A DNA stretch of 64,000 nt from an uncultured Bdellovibrio sp. (GTDB lineage: Bacteria > Bdellovibrionota > Bdellovibrionia > Bdellovibrionales > Bdellovibrionaceae). Positions 37,061 to 49,151 of this stretch are shown here, piece by piece. A program made the translations under genes and the position numbers. Where the stretch lies: positions 128,001 to 192,000 of the forward strand of contig CAWVRN010000001.1 of NCBI GenBank assembly GCA_963932905.1. The letters are read 5' to 3'. The notes beneath the pieces were generated by a model, which searched no databases, was not told the DNA's origin, and worked only from the letters and a program-made list of their open reading frames with translations. How positions within the stretch are numbered: position 1 is the first letter of the stretch; each line of letters opens with the position of its first letter.

Positions 37061-39204
37061 AAATCTGGCGGTGCCTCTGGTCCTTCTTCACCTTTTTCAG
37101 ATTTACCACTAGCCGCCGGAGGTGCCGCTGGTGGTTTGGTAGCATCACCCGCAGGTTTCGCACCCGCCGGAGTTGGCGCAGTGGCTGGCGGAGCCGCTAA
37201 GCTCTCGCCTGTTCCAACACCTTGAACGGGCGGAGAAACTTTTGGATCGCCTGGTTTTGCAGTGGCAGGTTTTCCATCTTTCTTTTCATCTGCTTTTTTA
37301 TTATTTGGATACTGACTTGCGGCTGCGCCGGTACCAAGCACAATGCCTTTAGCATTAGTACGGGTGCGGCTCCACGTAGCTGCGTCAGTATCTTTTAGCT
37401 TTTGAAGTTCAGATTCTTTAGTCTTTTTCAACTGTTCAATTGCCGATTCGCCTTCGGCTTTAGATTTTTTAAGTTCTTCTAATTTTGCGGCAGTTGATTC
37501 GGCTGCTTTCGATGGTCTTCCATTAGCTCTGATATCTTTGGCGCGCTGTAAAGACTCGGCACCCATTTCTTTTAAATCGTTGCCCATTCTAATGTTTCTA
37601 TCGCCGCCTCTATTTACTAACTTGTTCCCATATGATTGCGCCCATCGACCCGAAAGCTCAGGAACCACGGAAACCGTGTTTCGAGCGGCTTTGCTGACAA
37701 TTATTGGAGAGTGTCTCCATGTTCCTTTCACTGTGCCCCACGCGCCTTTTAGTACACCGCGAGCCGCGTAGTATGGCCAAACAGCTCCTACCGCTGCCGC
37801 TCTTGCGCCTGATCGTCCGGCTTCTTTCAATGCCGGTTTAATAATTTTTGCGCCGCCAGTTTTACTCATTTTAGCAGCTACACCGCCTACGACTCCTTTG
37901 GCTAAACCAAAAATACCGCCTAAACCGGCTGAAAATCCGGCGCTACTGCCCGCAAATTTTCCGATCATTTGGCAGACATATTGGGATTGCGATTTTTTGT
38001 TTAAGCATCCCATGTAGTCGCCATCAAAACCGAACATGTTTTTCACAATGTTTTTACCAGCTTCAAACGGATCGGACATAATTTCTTTTACCATTGTCAT
38101 TAACTGAGATCCCCAGCCAAGGACATCAAAGCTGCTAACTAACGAGCTAAAGAAATCGCGCAAGAAAACGCTGGCAAAATTTTTCAAACAATCACCAATG
38201 GTTTTCAAACAGAACGAGCCTTCGCAATAACCGCCATCAGTATCTTTATCCGTTAATTCTTTACACACGCGTTCATTAGGCTTTACGTCTTTCATTGTCG
38301 TAAATCCTAAGACTTCAAATCGTTCGCCTAAACGTTGGCAGCACCACTCACTGCTGAATTTTTCAAACGTTTTTGCATTTTTGGCTTCAGCTGATTTAGG
38401 ATCACAGTCAGGTCCATTACATAGACCCGCTTGCGTTTTTGATTTGTCTGCGGCCGCTTCTCTCGCTTTTTGATCCGCATCGGCAGACTTTTTGTTAAAA
38501 GAATTAATTACGTCGCGCAGTTTTTCCATCTGCGCTTTGTAGAAGTCATACAGCTTTCCATTTCCATACGGGATATCACACGTATTTTTTCTTTCGCCCG
38601 CTACTTCTTTAACTTCGTATTCACCTGTTTTTTCGTCTTTTAAACTTAATACAAGTCCACATTCATATTCTTTGCTTTTAGCGTCGAAATAACTAAACCA
38701 TTCATCCAAAGCCTGACCTGCAAATTTATCTAAGCATAAATTTGTTACGACATCGTTTTGGGAATTGAAACGCGCTTCTTGAAGTTTGTCGAAATCAAAA
38801 TTTCTATCACCTAGCTCAAGTTCTTTTTCGTTCAGTTTACCTTTGTATTTTGTTGTCGTTTCATTACCGTTGCCGTCTGTCGTGTTTACTTCGTTAATAA
38901 AGCCTTCTAGTACTTTTTCTTTCCCGGCACATGCGGATTCAGGAACAAACAAACTTGAATATGGTTTTGTTTCCCGCATTTTCATGATTTCTGCGAAACG
39001 CGTTTTGCTAATACCTGGCGCAATACCTTCCTTCAATGCGTCTTCACCCGCCTGGTCCGATTCAGGAACCGCAGCTACTTCGGGCGCTTTGCCGGATGCC
39101 GCGGCTTTTGCTACTGCCTGAGATTCTGCAAATGCGGTCGTCGCAAATAGAGTTTGAAAAAGAAAAATGGATGTAATCGGATATATTAGTTGCTTCATGT
39201 TCAT
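37057..39204 (-). CDS. Large secreted Cys-rich hypothetical protein with Gly-rich hydrophobic segment and Pro/Ala tail
   Basis: Signal peptide (TTAFA); 14 Cys in the N-terminal ~410 aa; FAGSSAGFSAGLGGIFGLAKGVVGGVAA. Confidence 0.8.
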   Translation of the reverse strand: MNMKQLIYPITSIFLFQTLFATTAFAESQAVAKAAASGKAPEVAAVPESDQAGEDALKEGIAPGISKTRFAEIMKMRETKPYSSLFVPESACAGKEKVLEGFINEVNTTDGNGNETTTKYKGKLNEKELELGDRNFDFDKLQEARFNSQNDVVTNLCLDKFAGQALDEWFSYFDAKSKEYECGLVLSLKDEKTGEYEVKEVAGERKNTCDIPYGNGKLYDFYKAQMEKLRDVINSFNKKSADADQKAREAAADKSKTQAGLCNGPDCDPKSAEAKNAKTFEKFSSEWCCQRLGERFEVLGFTTMKDVKPNERVCKELTDKDTDGGYCEGSFCLKTIGDCLKNFASVFLRDFFSSLVSSFDVLGWGSQLMTMVKEIMSDPFEAGKNIVKNMFGFDGDYMGCLNKKSQSQYVCQMIGKFAGSSAGFSAGLGGIFGLAKGVVGGVAAKMSKTGGAKIIKPALKEAGRSGARAAAVGAVWPYYAARGVLKGAWGTVKGTWRHSPIIVSKAARNTVSVVPELSGRWAQSYGNKLVNRGGDRNIRMGNDLKEMGAESLQRAKDIRANGRPSKAAESTAAKLEELKKSKAEGESAIEQLKKTKESELQKLKDTDAATWSRTRTNAKGIVLGTGAAASQYPNNKKADEKKDGKPATAKPGDPKVSPPVQGVGTGESLAAPPATAPTPAGAKPAGDATKPPAAPPAASGKSEKGEEGPEAPPDF

Positions 39205-39205
39205 C

Positions 39206-39733
39206 CTAGTTAATATTCGGATTGAATGTTTGTAGGCTTAGCTTTGCTTGCTCAACCACTTTGCCTTGCGCGACAGATGGATAAAATAAATGAATAGATT
39301 GAACCGTCGACTTTCCGAAATAGTGATGCTCCAAAAATTCAGTCTTAACGCCGGCAAAGCTTGTGTAGCTACCACTAATTTCTAATCGTTCACCGTAACT
39401 GGTGTTGGTGAATTTATAGCTACTCATGATCCAGTCTTTGATTCCAAACTGTTCGTTAAAGTTAAGTTTTCCTTGTAGATAACTTTTGTTTAACTCACCC
39501 GTTTTTGTTTTTGGCACGCCAACCTTAGATCTAACTTCAGGCGGAATTAGTATCGTAACTTTTTCTGCACCTGTGTGATTGTACGTTGTGGGATAAAATG
39601 AAGGGAACAGATTGCTTTCAACTAAAAAGTTTGCGGGAGCTTTATACTGGAAATTTCTAGATTTATTTGCTTTTACAAAAGTAAAACCAAAAAGAATAAT
39701 ACCAAAAACTAAACCATAATTTATTAGTCTCAT
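39206..39733 (-). CDS. Exported hypothetical protein, possibly PsbP/DcrB-like fold
   Basis: ATG 39733 after AAGGA; N-terminal hydrophobic helix; beta-rich body ending in helix plus LQTFNP; stop 1 bp from the next gene. Confidence 0.65.
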   Translation of the reverse strand: MRLINYGLVFGIILFGFTFVKANKSRNFQYKAPANFLVESNLFPSFYPTTYNHTGAEKVTILIPPEVRSKVGVPKTKTGELNKSYLQGKLNFNEQFGIKDWIMSSYKFTNTSYGERLEISGSYTSFAGVKTEFLEHHYFGKSTVQSIHLFYPSVAQGKVVEQAKLSLQTFNPNIN

Positions 39734-39837
39734 AACATTCCTTAACAAGTAGTAGGCCTTAAAAAGCCCGTACCTATAGGATATCTGTGACAATATAATT
39801 TTAGAAATTCTTTAAAGGTGCGGCCTATAATACTAGA

Positions 39838-41115
39838 CTAAAATTCCATTCTTAGACCAACACCAAAGTTAAAGTCGTTTTCAAACGCGGGATCTAGCTC
39901 GTTATCTGTATTCTGATATTGCGTCCAAAACACATCTAGGTAGGTGTTTTCTAGACCTTCACCCATATAAGCTGTCTTCGCCGTTTCTGGATCCATCCAG
40001 TTTAGTTGAATTAAGAATCCGGCGGTCATCGAAGTTCCATTTCCCGTGTCGTATGAATTTGTTGTACCTAATGTGTTATTTTTTTCCGTTAAACCAAATT
40101 GCCAGTAATTGAAACCGACATAGGGAACGAAAAAAGGCTCTTTCATTAAGTTATCTAACAAAATTTGTGCTCTGATAGATTTTTTATCTATTGTAAGTTC
40201 TCTTTCTTCGCCAATTCTATCATCCACCAGAGTCCCTTGGCCGTAGCCAATTCCGGTTACAAGTGATCCAAGAAAGAAATTCAATTTGTAATCCAATTGC
40301 ACTTGCACCAGAGTTAAATCCTCTTGGCCAAACAGTTCTTCATATAGTTTCTGATCTACAATAGAGGCATAGTCTTGAAAATATAAATTCTCGGCATTGA
40401 TGTTGAACATGAATCCATGAGTCGTTCTGCGTTCCCGATAAGGTTTATATTCTTTAAACGGCTCAACCTCGACAGTTTTTTCTCTAGGAATAACTTCGAC
40501 CATGTCCGCTTCTGAAACTGTTTTTTCTGTTGGAACAGGATTGTGTTCCGCCGTTGGTGACGGTACGTAGGGTTCTGGTTGCGGGATTGTTTTTATAGGG
40601 ATCGTTTCAACTGGCGGTGTATCCAGCCGCACCGATTCTGCTGGCGGCCGTTCAGGCATTGATTCCGCTGGTGGTTGTTCTGCGACCGGAGCTTCTTCTA
40701 TATTTTCACCGGCTTCAAGAGAAGTTTCATTCGAAACCGATTCATCGATCGAGCTTTCACCGTTTGCAGACTCGACAACCGGCGCTTGCAATGGAGTCGA
40801 ATTAGTCGCTGGGGCAGCTACATCTAGGTTTTCCTCTTCGCTATCGTCTCCAGAATTTTCATCCACTACATTGGCACCAGGAGCTTCATCCTCGCTGTCG
40901 TCGTCAACACTGTTATCATCGACTTCTAGACCGCTCGACGATGCTTTCACAGCTGGTTTGGCCTTTGTGCTGGTAGCGGGTTGAGAAAAGATATTCTGTG
41001 AATGAAACGCTATCGCCAATATTAAAAAACTTAATACTAAAGACCTAGGACCTTGGTCGTTTTTTCTCTGGTTTTTAACAGCTGCACTCATATTCACAGT
41101 GATTTTTCCGATCAT
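39838..41115 (-). CDS. Outer-membrane beta-barrel protein with long acidic/Pro-rich N-terminal region
   Basis: Signal peptide, low-complexity D/E/P region, amphipathic strands, C-terminal GLRMEF; start may be 41091. Confidence 0.75.
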   Translation of the reverse strand: MIGKITVNMSAAVKNQRKNDQGPRSLVLSFLILAIAFHSQNIFSQPATSTKAKPAVKASSSGLEVDDNSVDDDSEDEAPGANVVDENSGDDSEEENLDVAAPATNSTPLQAPVVESANGESSIDESVSNETSLEAGENIEEAPVAEQPPAESMPERPPAESVRLDTPPVETIPIKTIPQPEPYVPSPTAEHNPVPTEKTVSEADMVEVIPREKTVEVEPFKEYKPYRERRTTHGFMFNINAENLYFQDYASIVDQKLYEELFGQEDLTLVQVQLDYKLNFFLGSLVTGIGYGQGTLVDDRIGEERELTIDKKSIRAQILLDNLMKEPFFVPYVGFNYWQFGLTEKNNTLGTTNSYDTGNGTSMTAGFLIQLNWMDPETAKTAYMGEGLENTYLDVFWTQYQNTDNELDPAFENDFNFGVGLRMEF

Positions 41116-41120
41116 TAAGT

Positions 41121-42908
41121 ATGCTTTTTAAGTTTAGCGCGAAACCCACTACTTTGACATTTCTAATCTTTGGAAGTCTTTTTTTTCCAAACTTAGTGCC
41201 AGCCCAAGTCCCAAAAACGGGACTAAAAACGCCGGTAGTCAATGTGGTTTCTAAATCTAATGCTGCTGTTAGATTTCCTGTAAGTCCCACACCAGATCCT
41301 AATTTTTTCCAAAACAGCACCGTGGAACAAATTCTAGGTCGCATGTCGATTGACGACAAAGTCGGCCAGCTTTTACTCGTTGGGTTTCCCCAAGAAAAGT
41401 TAGACGCCAAATTAGCTCAACATATCAGTCAGAATCGCGTGGGATCATTTTTAATTTTCAAACGAAATATCGTATCGATCGATCAGTTAAAAATTTTGAA
41501 CACAAGTCTTGTGGATTATTCGATGGATAAATTCAGAATCCCACCGTTGATGGCAATTGATCAAGAAGGCGGAAATGTTAATCGCATCACGACAAACCCA
41601 AAGCTTCCGTTCTTGTTTCACTTCGGCGATTTAACGGATTCAAAGTTTAGCTACCATTATGGTTATTACACCGGACAAATGTTAAGTTCACTTGGATTTA
41701 ATTTAAACCTAGCTCCTGTTTTAGATATTGCTGATTTTAATTCTAATAGTTTTATAGCTCTTAGATCTTTTGGCAGCGATCCCGGTCGTGTGGCTCAAAA
41801 TGGAGTCGCTTATTCGCAGGGTCTTGTCAGTCAGAAAGTAATCCCAACTGCAAAACACTTTCCGGGTTTAGGTTCTACTACATTGGATCCACACAACACT
41901 GTGGTTTCAAACTCGGCTTCATGGATAGAAATGGAACGAAATGATTTTCTTCCATTTAAAGATTTTGCAAAAATTGGCCCGAACAGCGCCGTGATGATGT
42001 CCCACATGATCTACAAAGGAATCGATACCAGTGGACTTCCGGCGTCGTTTTCAAAATATTTGATGAACGACGTTCTTAGAAAGCGTTTGGGATTTCAAGG
42101 CGTAATCGTTACGGACGATCTTCATATGAAGTCGTCATCAAGCACGGTAACCCCATCAGAAGCCGCTCTTAAGTCTTTAAAAGCAGGTTCTGACTTGGTG
42201 ATGCTGTCATGGTCTTTCACCGAACAATCAAAAACATTTGCTCGTATCAAAGACGCCGTCATTAAAAAGGAACTTAGCATCGAAGAGGTAAACGACAAAG
42301 TTCGTCGCATTCTGACTTTGAAAAAGTATGTTTACACGAAGCCAGCTCCGGAGAACCGCACTATCGCTAGCGTTACACCAGCAGCTCCTCAGATTAAAGT
42401 CAGTGCAAACAAAACAACGGTTGAATCTGCTCCTGTAACTCAACTTTTAAAGTCTGTTCTGGATGCGAAAATGCGATCCGTTTTTTTCAGACCTCAATTG
42501 GAAGAAAAAAAACAGCTGTGTTTGGTATCAGATCAGAAGAAACTTTTTGATTTAATTGGAAAGAAAGACGCTAACGTATTTAAAGGTTATTTCTATCCTA
42601 AGACATCGCCAGCAAAATCACTTGCTCAGTTTTTTAAGACTTCAAACTGTGATCTATTTATCGTCACAATAGAAAATAACCAGCAGGCGGCGGTTATCAA
42701 TCAAATCGCTGATTTAAATAACAAAAAGTTGGTCATAATCAATCACGCCATCCCTACGATGGTACGCAATCGTGCACGTTATTTTTCAGTTTTAGATTTA
42801 TATGGAATCAGTATTAAGACAGACGAATTATTAGCAGATAAAATTTCAGAATTTACGAACATGATCTTACGCGGCCAATTTCACTCAGCCGCGAATAATA
42901 GAAATTAA
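41121..42908 (+). CDS. GH3 beta-N-acetylhexosaminidase (NagZ-like), exported
   Basis: IDQEGGNVNR, APVLD, RSFG, KHFPGLG...DPH, VMMSH, TDDL; N-terminal signal-like segment. Confidence 0.88.
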   Translation: MLFKFSAKPTTLTFLIFGSLFFPNLVPAQVPKTGLKTPVVNVVSKSNAAVRFPVSPTPDPNFFQNSTVEQILGRMSIDDKVGQLLLVGFPQEKLDAKLAQHISQNRVGSFLIFKRNIVSIDQLKILNTSLVDYSMDKFRIPPLMAIDQEGGNVNRITTNPKLPFLFHFGDLTDSKFSYHYGYYTGQMLSSLGFNLNLAPVLDIADFNSNSFIALRSFGSDPGRVAQNGVAYSQGLVSQKVIPTAKHFPGLGSTTLDPHNTVVSNSASWIEMERNDFLPFKDFAKIGPNSAVMMSHMIYKGIDTSGLPASFSKYLMNDVLRKRLGFQGVIVTDDLHMKSSSSTVTPSEAALKSLKAGSDLVMLSWSFTEQSKTFARIKDAVIKKELSIEEVNDKVRRILTLKKYVYTKPAPENRTIASVTPAAPQIKVSANKTTVESAPVTQLLKSVLDAKMRSVFFRPQLEEKKQLCLVSDQKKLFDLIGKKDANVFKGYFYPKTSPAKSLAQFFKTSNCDLFIVTIENNQQAAVINQIADLNNKKLVIINHAIPTMVRNRARYFSVLDLYGISIKTDELLADKISEFTNMILRGQFHSAANNRN

Positions 42909-43312
42909 TTTTTATACTTAGTGACTTCGATACTTGATTCTCCACGTTTAACAACGCGAGAAAGATCAGCGTAATCAGCATCACTCAAAGACTCAGCCGC
43001 AAGACGAGCCTTAGCTTTGTCGATGAATGCTTGCGCATCCGTTAAATTTATATCTTCGGGAAGGTCTGCAGTTTCAGCTAAAATATCGATACCGTTAGGG
43101 TAAACTTCGCAGTAACCCCAAGAAATCACAGCGTATTGAAAGCGATCAGATCCCTTCACTTTCCAGCGCATGATACCCGTATCTAATGTTGTAACTAAAG
43201 GCGTGTGACCCTCAAGAATATTCAATTCTCCGCGATACGCAGGCACAGTCACAGACTCAACGTCTGCGCCTGTTAGAATTCTTTTTTCTGGAGTTACTAG
43301 GGTCATTTTCAT
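42905..43312 (-). CDS. atpC: ATP synthase F1 epsilon subunit
   Basis: LVTPE, GELNILEGHTP; position after atpD. Confidence 0.95.
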   Translation of the reverse strand: MKMTLVTPEKRILTGADVESVTVPAYRGELNILEGHTPLVTTLDTGIMRWKVKGSDRFQYAVISWGYCEVYPNGIDILAETADLPEDINLTDAQAFIDKAKARLAAESLSDADYADLSRVVKRGESSIEVTKYKN

Positions 43313-43322
43313 TTCAATAATC

Positions 43323-44726
<1,404 letters not shown>

Positions 44727-44739
44727 TCATGCTCCTATA

Positions 44740-45621
44740 TTATTTCAAAGCTTCCGCACCACTGACGATCTCGATAAGTTCCGTCGTGATTTTCTCTTGT
44801 CGCAGTTTATTGTAAGTTAATGTTAATTTATTAATTAATTCTTTAGCGTTGTTAGACGCATTTTCCATAGCCGTCATACGCGCACCATGTTCTGCAGCTA
44901 CGCTTTCAGACATAGAACGGTAAACTTGCAGATCAAAATGTTTCATTAGAAGTTGTTCCACAATCACTTCGGGAGTTGGTTCGAAAACCAAATCTTTAGA
45001 AAAGCGTGCTGTGTTCACTTCGTCAGAAAACGACGATAAACCTAAGTTAATTGGCAACAGTGTTTCGCAAACAACAGAATGAGAAATCGCCGATTTAAAT
45101 TCGTTATAAACTAAACGAACTTCATCGTATTCGCCCGATAAGAAATATTTAATTAAACGACCAGCTACTTGCGAAGCTAGGTTGTAAGAAATATCTTTAT
45201 CAAGACCAGTGATGCTCTCAACAGGATTAACGCCTCTCTTTTGGAAAAACTCTAAACCTTTTCTACCAACAAAAATAAAATCTAATTTTTCCAAACTAGC
45301 TTTATTATCTTTGATATATTTTTCTGCGAACTTATTGATGTTTGTATTAAAAGCGCCGCAAAGACCGCGATCCGAAGTAAGAACAACCATAAGTACTTTG
45401 TTCACTTGCGAACGTTGTCCCATCAAAGGATGCGCTACCTTTTGGGTAACGGCGACGTCAGAAATCACGCGCCTTAGCGACAAAGCATACGGGCGCATAT
45501 TAACGATGTTATTTTGCGCCTTTCGTAGCTTAGACGCAGACACAAGCTTTAACGCTTTTGTGATCTGCTGAGTGTTTTTTGTGGACGCAATCTGCGCCCT
45601 AATGTCCTTTAAGCTGGCCAT
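44740..45621 (-). CDS. atpG: ATP synthase F1 gamma subunit
   Basis: SDRGLCGAFN, RMTAMENAS, RQEKITTELIEIVSGA. Confidence 0.98.
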   Translation of the reverse strand: MASLKDIRAQIASTKNTQQITKALKLVSASKLRKAQNNIVNMRPYALSLRRVISDVAVTQKVAHPLMGQRSQVNKVLMVVLTSDRGLCGAFNTNINKFAEKYIKDNKASLEKLDFIFVGRKGLEFFQKRGVNPVESITGLDKDISYNLASQVAGRLIKYFLSGEYDEVRLVYNEFKSAISHSVVCETLLPINLGLSSFSDEVNTARFSKDLVFEPTPEVIVEQLLMKHFDLQVYRSMSESVAAEHGARMTAMENASNNAKELINKLTLTYNKLRQEKITTELIEIVSGAEALK

Positions 45622-45627
45622 AGTTTA

Positions 45628-47157
45628 TTACTTTTTGCTCGCTGGTTGGAAAATCGCTTTAAATTCTACTAATGCATCTTTTAATGTTTGCTCAGCATCT
45701 TTAGTTAATTCTTTTTTATCTACGATTGTTTTAAGGATTTGAGGGTATTTTTGTTTTACGAACTCAAGAAGTCCTTTTTCGTATGAACCAACATCACTTT
45801 CCGCATAATCATCAAGGAAACCGTTAGTTGCTGCGTAGATCGACACAACTTGCTCTTCCACTTTGAAAGGAGCGTATTGACCTTGTTTTAATAACTCAAC
45901 AAGACGACGACCACGAGCTAATTGTTTTTGAGACGCTTTATCTAAGTCAGACGCGAATGCGGCAAAGGCCTCAAGAGCACGGAACTGAGCTAATTCTAGC
46001 TTGATAGTACCGGCAACTTTTTTCATCGCTTTAATTTGAGCCGCACCACCCACGCGCGATACTGATTTACCTACTGATACCGCTGGACGGATACCTTTGT
46101 AGAACAAGTCAGTTTCCAAGAAGATCTGACCATCAGTGATCGAGATAACGTTTGTAGGGATGTAAGCAGAGATATCACCCGCTTGAGTTTCAATGATTGG
46201 TAGAGCCGTTAATGAACCGCCACCTTTTTCATCTGAAAGTTTCGCTGCACGCTCAAGTAACCGAGAGTGGATGTAGAATACGTCACCTGGGTACGCTTCA
46301 CGACCTGGAGGACGACGTAGTAATAATGATAACTGACGGTAAGCTTGTGCTTGTTTAGTTAAATCATCGTAAATGATAAGTGCATGGCGACCAGTGTCGC
46401 GGAAGTATTCCGCCATCGCTGTTCCAGAGTATGCAGATAAGTATTGTAGAGGAGCTGCATCAGATGCACCGGCTGCGATAACAGTCGTGTACTCAAGCGC
46501 ACCAGCGGCACGAAGTTTCTCAACAACAAGTGCTACTGTAGATTGTTTTTGTCCGATCGCTACGTAGAAACATTGTACGTTTTGACCTTTTTGATTGATG
46601 ATCGTATCGATCGCAATCGCAGTTTTACCAGTTTGACGGTCACCAATGATCAACTCACGTTGACCGCGACCGATTGGAATCATTGAATCGATTGATTTGA
46701 TACCAGTTTGTAACGGTTCGCTTACTGATTTACGGTAAACGATACCAGGAGCTTTCAATTCAACAACGCGCGTGTGAGGCGTGTTGATTGGTCCACGTCC
46801 GTCGATTGGCATACCAAGCGCATTTACTACGCGGCCAAGTAGTGCTTCACCCACTGGAACTTCAACGATTTTTTTAGTACGTTTAACTACGTCGCCTTCT
46901 TTGATCGCTCGGTCTTCACCGAAGATAACTACGCCGACAAATCCGTCTTCCAAGTTAAGAACCATACCTGTTACGCCACCAGAAAACTCAACAAGCTCAC
47001 CGGCCTGAACGTTATCTAATCCGTAAACGCGGGCAACCCCGTCACCAACAGACAAAACGCTTCCTGTTTCGCTAACATCAATTTTTTTAGAGTACTGGCT
47101 GATTTGCTCTTTTAAAATTCGGCTGATTTCGTCAGCTCTGATTTGACCCATGTCCAT
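45628..47157 (-). CDS. atpA: ATP synthase F1 alpha subunit
   Basis: [20 protein letters not shown]. Confidence 0.99.
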   Translation of the reverse strand: MDMGQIRADEISRILKEQISQYSKKIDVSETGSVLSVGDGVARVYGLDNVQAGELVEFSGGVTGMVLNLEDGFVGVVIFGEDRAIKEGDVVKRTKKIVEVPVGEALLGRVVNALGMPIDGRGPINTPHTRVVELKAPGIVYRKSVSEPLQTGIKSIDSMIPIGRGQRELIIGDRQTGKTAIAIDTIINQKGQNVQCFYVAIGQKQSTVALVVEKLRAAGALEYTTVIAAGASDAAPLQYLSAYSGTAMAEYFRDTGRHALIIYDDLTKQAQAYRQLSLLLRRPPGREAYPGDVFYIHSRLLERAAKLSDEKGGGSLTALPIIETQAGDISAYIPTNVISITDGQIFLETDLFYKGIRPAVSVGKSVSRVGGAAQIKAMKKVAGTIKLELAQFRALEAFAAFASDLDKASQKQLARGRRLVELLKQGQYAPFKVEEQVVSIYAATNGFLDDYAESDVGSYEKGLLEFVKQKYPQILKTIVDKKELTKDAEQTLKDALVEFKAIFQPASKK

Positions 47158-47174
47158 TAGTACAAGCTCCTAAT

Positions 47175-47714
47175 TTAGTGATTAAGTAATTCTTCTTTTA
47201 ATTTTTTTAAATGTAAGTCTAAACTATCGTCAAAAGTCCATCCGCCAACTTTAGCAACTACGCCACCAATAACTGTTGGATCTTCTTTAAATTTCAAAAC
47301 GATTTTCTTTTTCAAAATAGTAGAGATTTTTGTTTCTAATGAAGAAACAACATCCTGGCTTAAAGGTTTTGCTGAAAACACATCGCCTTTAGTTACGCCA
47401 GATTCTTCGTCCATTAATTGTTCGTAAGCTTTTGCGATCTCAGGCAAAGCAGCTGCACGTTTGCGGCTCATTAATAATGTTACAAAATTTTTAACATTTT
47501 CTGGAAGTTTAGTTTTTTCCAAAGTGCTGGCGATTGCCTGCGCTTTTTTTGAACTTTCAACTTGTGGGTCTTGAAAAAACTTAACCACTTCTGCCGAAGT
47601 TGTTGCTTCAGCCAAAGCCGTCAAGCTCGCCAACGTTTGCGCATGCGAGTTTGCTTCTTTAGAAACCGCAAAAAGTGCTTTAGCATATCTTTTAGAAACG
47701 CCGTTTGAACTCAT
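47175..47714 (-). CDS. atpH: ATP synthase delta subunit
   Basis: KRYAKALF, DPTVIGGV, DDSL. Confidence 0.95.
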   Translation of the reverse strand: MSSNGVSKRYAKALFAVSKEANSHAQTLASLTALAEATTSAEVVKFFQDPQVESSKKAQAIASTLEKTKLPENVKNFVTLLMSRKRAAALPEIAKAYEQLMDEESGVTKGDVFSAKPLSQDVVSSLETKISTILKKKIVLKFKEDPTVIGGVVAKVGGWTFDDSLDLHLKKLKEELLNH

Positions 47715-48274
47715 GGATTCACCGCTTCGATATTTTTATTAAACTCTGTTTGTAATTTTAAGTGATCTTGGCTGCCAATATCCGTTGTAAGAACTTGACG
47801 CGCCGCCATTAAAGACTGAAGCGCAATGTCTTGTTTGGCCTTCAGTGTTGTTTTTTGATTTTCGATTTTGGCTGTCATACGCGCGTCTTCTTTGATACGA
47901 GCCGCAGTCGCTTGCGCTTCAGAGATCATATTATTACGCATATTTTCCGCGTCTTTTTTAGCCTTTTCAATACTATCAGCCGCTGTTTCGTTTAATGTTT
48001 TTAATCGTTGTTCGATGTCTTGGTATTCTTTTTCTGCCTGCTCAAACAACTCTTTAGATTTTTCCGCCTGTTTTAAATAGTCTGTCTGACGGGCCTGAAA
48101 GAAATCAATGGCTGGCTGCTTACCGTATTTGTAGATGATTGCAGCTAAAATGGCTAAATTAATTACCTGCCATTTTACCATCGCAGGGATCTCATTTGAA
48201 TGGGCATCATGGCCGTCGGCCGCGAGTGCCATATAGGAGGTTAAAATAACTAATAGTGCTGATATCAATCTCAT
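47711..48274 (-). CDS. atpF: ATP synthase F0 subunit b
   Basis: WQVINLAIL TM helix plus long coiled coil; operon position. Confidence 0.9.
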   Translation of the reverse strand: MRLISALLVILTSYMALAADGHDAHSNEIPAMVKWQVINLAILAAIIYKYGKQPAIDFFQARQTDYLKQAEKSKELFEQAEKEYQDIEQRLKTLNETAADSIEKAKKDAENMRNNMISEAQATAARIKEDARMTAKIENQKTTLKAKQDIALQSLMAARQVLTTDIGSQDHLKLQTEFNKNIEAVNP

Positions 48275-48702
48275 GATTTACCTAAAAGTTTGTTGTTTAT
48301 GGCCATTACTAGGCTTGATTTCATATCTTTTAATTCTGCCTCAAGCTGCACAGCACGAGCTTGTAAGTTCTTGCGATTTGACTCCAGCTCAACATTCGCT
48401 TCGGCTTTAGCCTGCATTAAGATCTTATCTTGCTCAGCACTGGCTTCAGTTTTTGACTGTTTAAAAATTTCTGAAATTTTACCATGAACTTCTTTTGCTT
48501 TTTCAGAGTACTGAGCCTGTAGTTCTTGAGATTTTTTGTGAATATCGTCAGCGATCTCTACGCTACCTTTTGTGTTTTGTAGTCTTTTTTCGTGAATAGC
48601 TGTAAATGGCTCATATACGAGCTTAATTAAAGCGATAAAAGTAGCGATAAAAATAACAAACTGAACAATAACTGTGGCATTTATTCCAAGCTGTTGCAGC
48701 AT
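48271..48702 (-). CDS. ATP synthase F0 subunit b'
   Basis: N-terminal TM (IVQFVIF...YEPF) plus coiled coil; first gene of the atp cluster. Confidence 0.88.
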   Translation of the reverse strand: MLQQLGINATVIVQFVIFIATFIALIKLVYEPFTAIHEKRLQNTKGSVEIADDIHKKSQELQAQYSEKAKEVHGKISEIFKQSKTEASAEQDKILMQAKAEANVELESNRKNLQARAVQLEAELKDMKSSLVMAINNKLLGKS

Positions 48703-48803
48703 AAGCCTTCCTGCGGTGGGTGATTAAAGAGTTTTGGAAATAACACCTTTAGGTAGCGCTGTCCAAAAGTTTTTTTGACATTTATATATAGAGTTGTTTT
48801 CAG

Positions 48804-49151
48804 TTAGCTTTTAGGCATGTAAGACGCGCCCTCAAATACCACACCCTCATCGATTCTAAGACTAGGAGTTGTAACGGTGCCTCGGAACACCGTAGGCGGG
48901 TGCATCACCACTTTACTGCGAGCGAACAAGTTTCCTTCAACGCTACCATTAATTATAATAGTATCTGCTTCGATTTGAGCTTGTACTTTAGCGCCTTCAT
49001 TTATGATGATAGTGTCTTGAGTGAAAATCTCGCCTTTGAAAACACCGCCAATTTGAACGGTGCCTTCAAATGACAGGCGTCCCTCAAAAGATGCGCCTGC
49101 GTCAAGAATAGCGGTAACTTGGTTTTCGCGAGTAGTTTCTATTGCTGACAT
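48804..49151 (-). CDS. Bactofilin (polymer-forming cytoskeletal protein)
   Basis: FEGRLSFEGTVQIGGVFKGEI...INGSVEGNL...LRIDEGVVFEG beta-helix repeats. Confidence 0.92.
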   Translation of the reverse strand: MSAIETTRENQVTAILDAGASFEGRLSFEGTVQIGGVFKGEIFTQDTIIINEGAKVQAQIEADTIIINGSVEGNLFARSKVVMHPPTVFRGTVTTPSLRIDEGVVFEGASYMPKS

